Positions 49,501-64,000 of a stretch of DNA of 64,000 nucleotides are shown here, piece after piece; within the stretch, counting starts at the first letter, position 1, and every line of letters begins with the position of its first letter. Position numbers and translations under genes: made by a program. The stretch is from Tubulanus polymorphus (Eukaryota; Animalia; Nemertea). The notes below the pieces were generated by a model. That model did not search any database, was not told where the DNA came from, and saw only the letters and a program-made list of their open reading frames with translations. The stretch spans positions 1,139,950 through 1,203,949 of the forward strand of contig NC_134026.1 in the NCBI RefSeq assembly GCF_964204645.1, given 5' to 3'.

Positions 49501-50720
49501 TTTCAACTTCTTCTTCGATGAGCCATTTGAATTCTTGATACTAGAAATACACAAATTGATACAAATCAAATCAAAACATTTTAATCAGCTAGTGAAAACT
49601 ATAGTACACCATAAGAAATTTGCTGAGAGAACTTTTAAATTTGCTGCTCCTGCACTTTGGAATGTTCTGCCTTAGTCATATTAGATCTAGTCCTACAGTT
49701 GAAACTTTTAACTCAAACCTGAAAACATATCTTTTTAAACGAACCTATTTATCTTAATGTTTATTTTAACAAATTGGCAATTTAACAATTTTGGTGACCT
49801 CACTAAAAAGAAAGAAAGCTACTTTTTTAACAAAGGGCACATTGTAGGAATCAATCCAAATTCACAGTAATACAGGGAAAAATAGTGACAGTAATTAATG
49901 GAATATTTTGCCTCATAAAACATTTCAAAAGTTTTCGAAGTCATTTTGAGTTGTTTCTGTCTTTTTTTAAAAATGGCATTTCAAGTTTTTTTTAGTGCCT
50001 CATGTGAAGTATATGAGACACCCTGGATCTGCACATGTCCTGGATTACTAAACAGTATCCTACACATGTTCATTTATGGCTAGACGCAATGGGAAATCTA
50101 TTTAAAAATAGTCCAGGGACAAATCCAGAGTGTAGTAAATAAAGGTAGTAAGTACTTATGCAAAGTCAGGTGTTTTGTTATTAAATCACAATCGATTCTA
50201 CAGTAGTTGTGAATTAACACATCTTTGTCATGTGTCTGTGTGCCATTCATTAGAATAGATTCTATAATTCAACTGTTTTACATTAACTAATGCAAAAGCG
50301 CAATCACTAAATTCAGTGTGGTCTAACAACAGTGACAGCAGTGTCTGAGTCACTTCGCATGGAGAATAAAATGCTTTAATATATAATTTTGATGACCTTA
50401 TTCTGGCAAAGCGATTCTATCCGAGACCTAGACGAGGTGGACTGACGAGGCGGACGAGCCGGGGACCTCCTCCTCTGAGAAATCCGGCAGAGTGTCTTAA
50501 CAGCCCGGTCTTATTTACAACATTATCGAAAAAAAATTGTTTTTACTCCCGGTCGGCTCGGTCGAAGATAGGCCTACTACGAGCGCCTAACAATAAATAC
50601 ATAAAAATAAATATTGTCCATTAAAGCAGAAATACTCTTTTAATTCTGAAATACCATGGATTCTTTTTCAGCTTGCTCCAGTATTTCTTTGGGGATATTT
50701 TTTCGGCGTTGGCTTGCCAT
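46526..50720 (-). CDS. ROGDI: Protein rogdi homolog (Rav2 / Rabconnectin-3 complex subunit), ~10 exons
   Basis: MASQRRKNIPKEILEQAEKESM|YQEFKWLIEEEVENVIRQL..KCMVTLMGDVICEA..PWRLQQIQDAGNYL..LLPKKKTLTDL..SFYIQAQKLILAIYHL..VECTVPWLHDTILLFTIALEICQQFRDKV. Confidence 0.93.
49600..49760 (+). mobile_element. 3' remnant of a CR1/L2-group LINE in ROGDI intron 1
   Basis: ERTFKFAAPALWNVLP*..IRSSPTVETF..LKTYLFK with stop/frameshift. Confidence 0.7.
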
Positions 50721-51100
50721 GTCATTTCACACTTCTCAGGATGTTTACATACATGAAACCAGTGCTGGCTCCTAGCGGGCAGCCATCGACCTACCAGACA
50801 CACTAACAACCGCCATCAACCGACACGATATTCCTGATCGGTATGCCACGGAGCGGGCCGCTTTGCGACATCAAGAGAAATAATTCAAAAGATTGTGCAG
50901 TTTTAGCACCGTCATCGTTGGAAAAGAATTGCTTTGAAAAAATTCTCCATTGAAACTGTGCCGTAACGAGTAAAAAGCCTTTGGGTATTGAGTGAATTTG
51001 ATTTTCCGTCAAGAAAAGAAACGTCGTGCTTCGTTTTAAAGGCATATCCATTCAATAGGGGCGTGTCGATAATTTCTATTGGCTCAAGCCGCTGAAGCTA

Positions 51101-52050
51101 TAACAATAACACAAGTGTTCAAATAACCCGAACGAACGGTGGTTTGTACTGTAATAAAGGCGTTACGTATATCTTATTGTAATCATGAGTAAATCTGATT
51201 TCGAACCCCTTTGCCAAAAACCGCCCCGCGTTATTGCTAAATTAACACTAATTCGACGTAGAAGATGCCGACTCTCCACTGTACTGTTCGTCAATCCAGA
51301 AAAAAATAGATTACTCCAAAAACCACTAACCCGAGACATAGACATATATACTATGTGCGTAATTCATTGTACCCCGGGATTGGACTATCGTGAATCAACT
51401 ACAAAACTATATTCCGATTACAAGAGAAATCCGGCAATAAATTCAATATCCAATTGGTCATATGCGTGAGGAATCCCGCAATAAATTCAGCCATAGATGA
51501 CTATTTCAATAGTAGACGAGAATTTATATTTGAGCAACGATTTCTTCTATATATTTACATCTTTGTATAGACAAAGTTTGGAATTGACTAACAAATCAAA
51601 CTAGAACGTAATATTTTGTAATGTGATGTGATATTCTAATTTTGTAATGTGATGTGATATTATTAAAACATCTGATGAATATCTGAAGGAAAAGTATGAT
51701 ATAATTTTTCATTTTAATTGCTATTTAGCTTCTATTTATGGCCAATCTGTTTTTAAGCAAATAAATTTGTATCTTACGTATTTGAAAAAAAACTTATACA
51801 ATGAAAAGTTACTGAAATAGTTTTTAAAAATTTTACAAGTAACTGCCTTGCGGTCGATATTAATGTGTATACGTATTGTGTTGTGAAAGTTTAGAGATAA
51901 TTGTTAAAACAATACCACAAGTGTTGGAACAAGCCAAGCGTGCACGGGTTAGTGTGTATTGTAATAAAGTGTAAAGTGATTATGAGTAAATGCGATCTCG
52001 ACCCTCTTTTACCGAGAACCGCTGTTTAATTGCTAGATTAACACTAATTC
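51101..52050 (+). promoter_or_regulatory. Two diverged copies (~51101-51254, ~51908-52050) of a ~150-bp module upstream of the Fox gene
   Basis: Colinear shared blocks AACAATA-CACAAGTGTT, TGTAATAAAG, ATGAGTAAAT, ATTGCTA(A/G)ATTAACACTAATTC. Confidence 0.7.
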
Positions 52051-52330
52051 AATTAATAAAATCAAGTGGCGTGACAATAAAGGATGCGCTTTGAATGGTG
52101 GTCAGTTTTCTACGCATTTAGATTCATTTTACGGTACCTAATCGTAAGATAAATATATCTCAAGAACTTGTCTGCCGCGCGTCGCTTTCGAGTTTAAGCA
52201 ATTTTTGGATTCTGTCAGGGACGCAATATCGACAAAATATAAGCGAATGATATTTTAGTAATCTACATTCTCCGAGCAGAACTCACATTCAGTCAAACCT
52301 ACATTCGGAATTGTGATTTACAGCGTGAAA

Positions 52331-53803
52331 ATGTACCATCATTACGAGCAGAATCCGTCGCCGGCGACATTTCGAGCGTCTTACCAGGACTGGGTTGAAC
52401 CGAATTCATACCCGCATCATCATCACGCTTATTCGCCGTTTCTCTTTCAACAACAAATAGACCTGTACAACCAATACGCAGCAGCTGCAGCCGCTTACGG
52501 GAACCCGTCCATGACTTTACCACCGCCGATGTACGAAAGCGTCTCTCCGCCATCATCGTCTGTTTTGAGCGCGAAAATCGAACAGATATCTTCACCGAAT
52601 GCGAGCAGTATCAGCGGACAATCCGACGAGGGATCAGCTGGGGAAACTTTTCACCATTCACCACCAGTCGCCGCGGTTATGTCAACTTCTGCCTCTTCTT
52701 CTGATGACGGACGCGAAGATCTAAACCAATCACCTCCGCTGGTTGTAAAACCCACAAAGAAACGCGATCGAAGAGGTAAGAATAAATCATTCTTAGTCTA
52801 TCTGTTTTTTTTAAAGTCGACAAAACGAATTGAAAATGATTATATTCAATTTCACTTAAGAAGAATATCGCTAAGATTGTTTCGTACTCACATTATCGGT
52901 AAAAATGTATCTGCGTTTAGTTATTAAGATGATAATTGAGTTGGTTATCAATTCAAATAATATTCATTATCATTCCCTTTGATTATCGGGCTGAACTAAA
53001 TATTCAAATTTCCAAAAAGAAAGAATATAAAAAGAAATAGCTCAAAACTGGTGATAAATTATGTATGAATGGATTAATTCATGTTTTCTTAAATTTCTAT
53101 CTTTGCAGGAAAACCTCCGTACAGCTACATCGCGCTTATTTCGATGGCTATCGCAAACTCGCCGCAACAGAAATGCACTTTGAGCGAAATCTACAAATTC
53201 ATCATGGATCGTTATCCATTCTACAAAGACAACACGAAAAGATGGCAGGGATCTATCCGACATAACCTGACGCTGAATGAATGCTTCGTGAAACTGCCTC
53301 GTATGCCCGGTTGTAAAGGACATCACTGGACCATCGACCCGGCTTTCAGCGATATGTTCGACGACGGAAGCTTCTTGCGGCGGCGATACCGATTCAAATC
53401 CGCCAAGAAAAACACCCGAACCGTAGACACCGAGACGGAGACGATCCGTAACAATCTTCTGAGCATGACCGCCACAAACGCCGCGAAACATAAACAACAG
53501 CAAGTTCCGCAGCAGCAGCAACAACCGCAGTACTCGATAGGACACTTAGAAAACGATAATGATATAATACCGTCAGATTTGTACAATCAGTATCCTACAA
53601 CACCGGTCTCCAACAGCGAATACGTTCCGTTGAGTCCGGAGAGCGTAACCAGTCCGTTACCGTCAGTGAACTTTTCAACATCGTCCGTTATGAACATTGG
53701 AAATCCATTCACAGGTGACTGGGACATTACTAGATTACCGACTACATCTTATAAACCGCATTCATCATCAGAGTTTTATCACGGAATCAGCAGCTACCAA
53801 TAG
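52331..53803 (+). CDS. Forkhead-box transcription factor, subfamily unassigned, 2 exons (intron 52776-53108)
   Basis: [96 protein letters not shown]; AATAAA at ~53939. Confidence 0.95.
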
Positions 53804-55095
53804 ACAATTACCGTCCGTACCCGATTGACTGATAGAAGCGTTTCAACATAAAATGTTGTAAATTATTTTGTAAATATCTTGTAAAAAGTGCTATCAATTG
53901 TTTATATCGCCTGTACAAATTGTAAATCGCGGTAATGTTAATAAATCTATAAAAGGTATAATAAAATGACGTGGTTTTCTTTTAAATTGATCGATATTTG
54001 TCCAGTGTTTTTGAAGGCCAGGAATCTACTCTCAAAATGTTTCCCAGATTGCTGGCATTGTTTCCTTATAATTTCGAATACGAATTTGTTGATCTATAAA
54101 AGAATGGAGTCGTTGATTTCAATAAACTATGGTTTACTAAAAACTGTGGTTTATAATAAGTTAATGAATTCATCAATTTCATTCATACATATATGTCTGT
54201 AATAATCGAAAATACATGGATCCCTTTCTAAATCCAAAAATTACACGAAATTACATTGAACAGTGTCGACCGTGTGATATATAAGTTCGTATTTAATGGG
54301 GGCATTGTTTCTAGAATAGACGACGTTGATGTTCAATACTGACTGATCTAATTATTCATTAGGCGAGCAATATGGCAATATGAATAGAATATTTTAGAAG
54401 CATGGTCGCGTTCAACGCACGCAAAACAGTCTCTTCCGTCATCCTATCTTTGTAAGATGTGGATTGTATACTATACCAGGTCCTTCATACTCCAGGATAG
54501 AACGATAGAAAACTTTTAATTCTGATACACAAAATAACTGGATTCTTGGGATTTATTGCGCCGAATTGTGGTATTCAATTTGTGAAATGGAGCGTCTGCG
54601 GTAACCACGCGACGCCATAATTCATTGCGTATTTATCGCTACTGACCGCTGCACCGTCACAATACTGTGGTCAGTAGAAGGCAACTGGATCACTCCAATG
54701 ATGTAAACTTTATATGCTCTGAAAACTTCGGTAAGTTTTACTTGAAAATCTATAAAGATGAAACATAATTTCCATAAAATGAAATGATATTCATCTCTGT
54801 TCCATTCAATTAATGTTTGGTTTTGAAAATTTTGAAAAATAGAAATGTTACAGCAATACCAGTTATGATAGCTTTCAGTTTTAACAACCAACATAATAAA
54901 ACATAGATTTAAACGTTAGATTAGTCGGGAATTTAGATCTTTAAGTAACTTTTGAATTGTCTAAAGACTGAAACAAATCTATTAATCTAACCAGTATCTC
55001 CGATCTAGAATTTATGCTACGTTAAAATAAACTGAACTTAAAACTTTTTTTTTTTAAACAGTGACAGTTAAAAGCAACATTTGTGACATCGAATC

Positions 55096-57095
55096 ATGCA
55101 CGGGATTGTAGAAGAGAATACTGAAAATGGGACATTATTCGATTTGGTTCGACGAGGAAGATATAGACAGGTCGGTTACTAATTCATTCTGTTTGTCGCG
55201 TGGTAAATACCTGTGTTGATTACGCTTTTCAACATCTCATCGATTACAGTCTTCATCGTCGGTCCGCCGCTATTGTACCAATTATTATTTCTCGTCTACG
55301 GATGATAATTGTTTCGGTTCTCGTCGTAATTACATCCATGCATATAACAACCGCGTATATATTGCATGTATTACTTCTTGAACCCACTCTCATAATCAGA
55401 GCTATACCGAATATATTCTAAGTTAAAACGATACATTCCCCATGTTTTTGGTAAAGTCTGGATACAATTTATTGTCAAAACCATTTTAACTCAAACCATT
55501 GATTTACATTTATTGACTAAAATGATGGATTGAACAAATGGAAAAAGGGCAATTTTTATTTTTATGGAGGGAAATAATAGTCATTGTGCAATGATATAGA
55601 TGCAAAGCTACTAGCACCGTGCAACAATTTCAATTCTTCATGAGATTACGTACAATTTTCTCAGTCATTTATCGATTAAGCATAATTATAGAAATCCTAC
55701 TTTTGTAAGAACGTAAATTTTCACGCATTATTTTCCAATTTTTCTTAATCGGTAGGCGAAACTGCTGCTGGAGGCGGGAACAGACCCGAATCAACGAACC
55801 GCCAATAAAGAATCGCCTCTCATGCAAGCGATCGTTTACATCGCGAATCTTGAAAACCGACGCCGAGTTATGAAACTATTGCTCGAATTCGGAGCTGATA
55901 CGAACGTACAGGACGAGCGCGGTCAAACTGCTCTGATGCACTCATGTATTCTACAACAGCTGGATTCCACTTCGTTATTACTAGAACAGGTAACTATTGT
56001 TGAAATGTCTCGTATTTCGGCCAGTTCCATAATCTTCAAGAACTTCACTACTTTTATTATATTTCGCTTGACATTGCGTCGCATGCTCATTTTCAGAAAG
56101 AGATCTTACCAAACCTGAAAGATATCGAAGGAAACACCGCGTTGATGTACGCCTGTGCATTTGGATTCGTCGACATCGTTCAGGTGTTTCTAGACGCTTG
56201 TCAACAACAACGTATATTCGTTCATTTGAACGCAGAAAACGATTGCGGTAAAACGGCGTTCTCGTTAGCCGTAGATAACGCTCACCACGACGCGGCAAGA
56301 CGCGTTTGGAACGAAATTCAAAGATACCAAGTCATGATCGACCGTTTGTCCTGGCAAGAAAAATATGATATGGGATTAGTAGTGGAAAGCGATACCCCTA
56401 AAGATAAAGAACAAGCAGCTGACGTAACTACTGCGAAAGTTCGACCTAAAAGTCGCCGTGTGTCGCGTCGAGCCCGGGTCGCGAGTGACGGTGACAATAA
56501 TACAGAACGGCCGTCTAGCGAAAAACAACACGGCGTCATTTCAGTCAATGTGAAAAAATCATGGGCGCGTAAAACTTTCAACGAAGGAGAGGAAATGGAA
56601 TCTACGGTGGGGAAAGATGTCATATCTACTGACGAATCGGGTAGGAAAACTTACGTTAAAGACGAACCCGATATATTATGTAAAAGCTGTTCAATTCATC
56701 CTTGTAGTCCTCCTGCTCCGTGCCCCAGCCGACAGTTCACGACCTCACCAACTGATGACGATATACACAAAGAGATCGATCAGTTGAAGCTATCGACTCG
56801 GCTTATAACGTTCGCGGGAAATTTGAAAAACCGTCCTCTGCCTAAAATCGGTCAGAGCAGCGATGATCGCGTTGCAGTGAAACTACCACCGATTAGAGAC
56901 GCCGTTTTGTGTAAAAAGAATTCCCGTCCTTTGAAATTACGCTCATTAGAGGCTGATGTGCTCAATGCAAGTATCGACCTGTCGATGTTACAGAAAAGAC
57001 ACTCTCATAGCAAAATATCACCTTTAGTTCACGAGACGGCGACCGTCGAGGAGGAACAAGACGTGAAGACAAATTCAGCAGAGCAAAATGATTGA
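55096..57095 (+). CDS. Ankyrin-repeat protein (about 4 N-terminal repeats, disordered tail), 3 exons
   Basis: MHGIVEENTENGTLFDLVRRGRYRQ|AKLLLEAGTDPN..ESPLMQA..LLEFGADTNVQDERGQTALMHS..KDIEGNTALMYAC..NDCGKTAFSLA; exon phases consistent. Confidence 0.88.
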
Positions 57096-57449
57096 AATAT
57101 ATTTAAACATGAATAGACAGATTCATTTATACTTTAAAAAAAGTAAAATGTTTACAGATAAGAAAGTGCAATATAAACCAGATTTTCAACGAGATTGATT
57201 GATTATGATCAGTCAATATGTAATGTTTGTTTTTAATGTAATGTTATCAATCAATATATGATATTTCGTGAGCCATTGAAATATCAGACCGATCACATTA
57301 AAGTTTTGTGTGCAGTTCAAATTCTTGGCTTTCTTTTCATAACGACATATAAAGGTAAAAACGACCGATAGTTCCATCATATTCATTATATTTTGTTATC
57401 TAAACACGATCTTTCATACGATTTTCAGTTTGATTTCTTCACACAGTGT

Positions 57450-60921
<3,472 letters not shown>

Positions 60922-62751
60922 AGTTGCAAGACAAAGCGTCGCACCTGTTTGACTGTAAAATATCCAGAACGCTAAAATGTGGAATTAGGTTAAACCAATA
61001 GTACACACACCCATCCATCTGATCAAATTGATATTTCCGTACTGGTATTTGAAAATTACGTATGTATCGATCTTATAACCGATAGACAGATTTAAAAATT
61101 AATCGATCTAACGTGAACTAAATTCAAACGACTTCCATGGAACGAAAAGTTGAAGGGCACCGTATTGATTATAGGAGAACTATTCAGCGCGTTAATTTAT
61201 AGTCAGATGATATAAATGTTATAAGAGGTGCGCAGTTTTACTAATAAATTGGAAACGGCACTTAAGTTCACACAAACTAAGTGTCTACAATGATTATATC
61301 GCAGCCATCAGTAAGAAATTACGAAGTCTAGCGCAGATTTCGAAGTTAGCTAAGAAGAGAGAAATATATATTAACTGAAATGCGTATCATACGTACTTTT
61401 TCTCTCTGTTAATTGATATCCTTTTGATCGTCAGTCCAGCTGATCAATCGAATGTACGTATTTCAGTTTTCCCTCGTTTAAATACAGAACGAGTAATTGG
61501 ATTACGTGCCAATCCTAGCATTCATGGCGAATATATTGAACGACTCCCTAAAGGATACTGATTCGAAACATGTGTCCGGGAGTGGTCAATTTTTCAAAAA
61601 CTGGCTACCGATGACTGGCTACCGATTCGTGTGGTAAACAGTTCGAACCACCTCCTCCGTCAGCTGCCCACTTGTGATGCTTTTTTGGGTAGAATATTAT
61701 TGCAGGAAATGTCTCGATAGTGGGTCTATTTTTATTTCCTGTACGTGTTTTATGAAACATGATACAAGATTCTTGCTGTATCAACGTTTTGTAAAAAGAA
61801 CCACATGTCGATACCAGTAAGAGTTCATTACCCCATACAGCCTAAAAAATAGACACACGGGGTCACGGACCTTGTCGAAAGGCAATGATTTTATCCATTA
61901 TCGTTGCACCGACTTAATCTGTGAATTCTGATATTCAATCTGATTTACGCGGTGCATTTACATTGTTCTCTAGATATTTCATGCTGTTTAGTACTTTAAA
62001 AATTAAGAAGGCTGTTGAACTACAAGAAAACTGCTTAAGTCATAAAGATTTCTAAGTGACGGTAAATCTTCTGTTTCGCAAAATTGAAGTCGTTTGAAGT
62101 TTTCTTTTTCTGGTTGGGAGACAGCGAGACCCAACACGCGGAACTAAGTCGGTTCGCCAATTGCACCAGAGTCGAACGGTTTTCAATCATGTTCTATCTT
62201 CGTTTCCGGTGAATGGAATGAAAATCACATTAAGCCAATATTAGCTGGAAATGATTAAATAACAAGCTAAGCTTTGTTCATTGATCCTGTAGAGGCAGGT
62301 ACACGCTACACTGATCACTGTAACTAACACGAGACGAATAGCATCGTCTCATACGTCACTCGATCGGAGGTTTGCATATTCGGAAAATTAATTACTTATT
62401 TTGTAAATACACTAAAAATACACAAAATACTAAAAATATACTTTTAAAGTACTAAACAGCATTTTAAAGATATTTTCTATACTTCCACAAAATATTTGAA
62501 TTATGTAAGAATTTGTGAAATTGAATAAATCATCGTATAAATTGTTTGTGAAAATGTTGCTTAAACTACAAAAATGGTGCTGCCTAACGAAAGGTTATGT
62601 TGAATAAAGCAAGGTTATGGATCTGAATATATAGAATTTTTGTAGTATCGGCGAAGGAACTGATCCGCTGAATTTACTTGGAATATTCAGGAGATTGAGG
62701 TATCGGAATGTTTATGTCAAATAAGATTCATTTTCGCAGTCTGAACACGGT

Positions 62752-62882
62752 GTCACGTGACTGCTGCCCCGTGCCCTCCCTCGATGGTGACGTCATCACG
62801 CGGATAGCCGGTTACTCGACGCTCATCAGAAAGATTCGGTTACACATTCTTGGATAGATGGAGGCAAAAAACTGAGGTAAGT
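62752..62882 (+). promoter_or_regulatory. Probable promoter and first exon of a gene extending beyond the window
   Basis: Palindromic GTCACGTGAC (62752-62761), CRE TGACGTCA (62788-62795), local CpG enrichment, strong donor GAG|gtaagt at ~62876. Confidence 0.5.
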
Positions 62883-64000
62883 TTGATGCAAAATATTAAG
62901 GATATCATTCTACTTTATTCAACTTCTTCATTTAAAAAAATTCTACATAGAATATCCGTACAATTCAGTCGATTGATTTTAAGTTTTTAAGTTTTTTCCT
63001 CCATTTTCTAAAAGAAAACGTCTTGAAATACAAAAACGCAATTTCATTTTCTTTTTAATTGAGCAAATTCTTGCTGATAAAATTATGAGATATAATTCTT
63101 ATAATGAATTATTAGTATTCGTTTTCATAGACTTCTCGGTTTCAAAGGGAATCCTTATACTTATTTAAGTATTTCCCTAAATGAAGTGCCTGACAACGAA
63201 TTAATGAATATATACTTGTTTTAACTTTCATTTTAACCAAATCTACAACGACTTTTGGATTATCGACGGAAGATCATCGAACGCCTAATAACTACTGATT
63301 TACTGATTATACTGATTTCATCCTTTTGAAATCCTGGTCAAGTTCTGATCAGTCAATCCTCTGCTAGAATCAATTAAATGACAAGAAGCATCCATACTAT
63401 AGTATTGTGGCTGACCTGATTATCAATTAAAACGCGTGTTTCTAATTCTCTGTGGCATAGAGTGCATTTTCATTTATTAGAATCAATCATTTTGTACTAT
63501 ACGCTCGTCACAGGTTATTGGAAAAATGTCTGCGGTTATTAAATTCATTTCCGATGAATTGGCTTTTTATGCGTTAATCGGGATTTTTTCCAGCAATGAT
63601 CGATCGTTTTCCTAATCTTCCCGAATCGATGTGGGAGGAAAACGGGTCTTTCCAACGAGATCATACGAAAAACTAATGTTTATTCGAATATCGTAAAGGT
63701 TTATCGCATACGTATGAATGACAGACGTTACATATTCATGAGTTCATGAAATATGGTTGAAAACTTTTAGCATTTTCAATAGAATCGATAGTCAAATGTT
63801 ATAACTTGATAATAACATTCCTTGCCTTCTGGGACGTTGCGGGGACCTTTAAGTAACGGACATATACTATTTTGCTTTTTTGTAATACGCCTATGACGTA
63901 GCATCATAATGAAGCCGTATGAGGTAATCTAGATTTGTTTTCAATCACGAGGTTCAGCTTCTATGTATATATACTGAAGTTAAGCAGCCTGAGGAAGTGA

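Overview
Gene-dense, AT-rich eukaryotic animal DNA with many short GT-AG introns; a compact invertebrate genome, probably lophotrochozoan (inference). Recognisable genes in order: TAPT1 (5' part, -), DPCD (+), BUB3 (-), tRNA-Asn(GTT), an uncharacterised Gly2/Cys protein (-), an intronless secreted tocopherol-cyclase-like gene (-), a divergent Ig-like protein (-), TMEM214-like (+), POMK (-), FAM135 (+), ROGDI (-), an atypical forkhead TF (+), an ankyrin-repeat protein (+) and a CYP3-clan P450 (-). Introns carry many MITEs, LINE 3' remnants and mini/microsatellites. Most interesting: (1) a signal-peptide-bearing tocopherol-cyclase family gene in an animal; (2) a Fox protein with Gly replacing the base-reading Asn of the recognition helix, preceded by a diverged duplicated upstream module; (3) an 18x23-bp tandem array built from a TMEM214 exon end plus its splice donor; (4) an IS3EU-like MITE with 6-bp TSD and duplicated left terminus; (5) a palindromic element with two degenerate hammerhead-like cores. 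All calls are from manual reading and recalled family motifs; no database search was run and exon coordinates may be off by a few bases.
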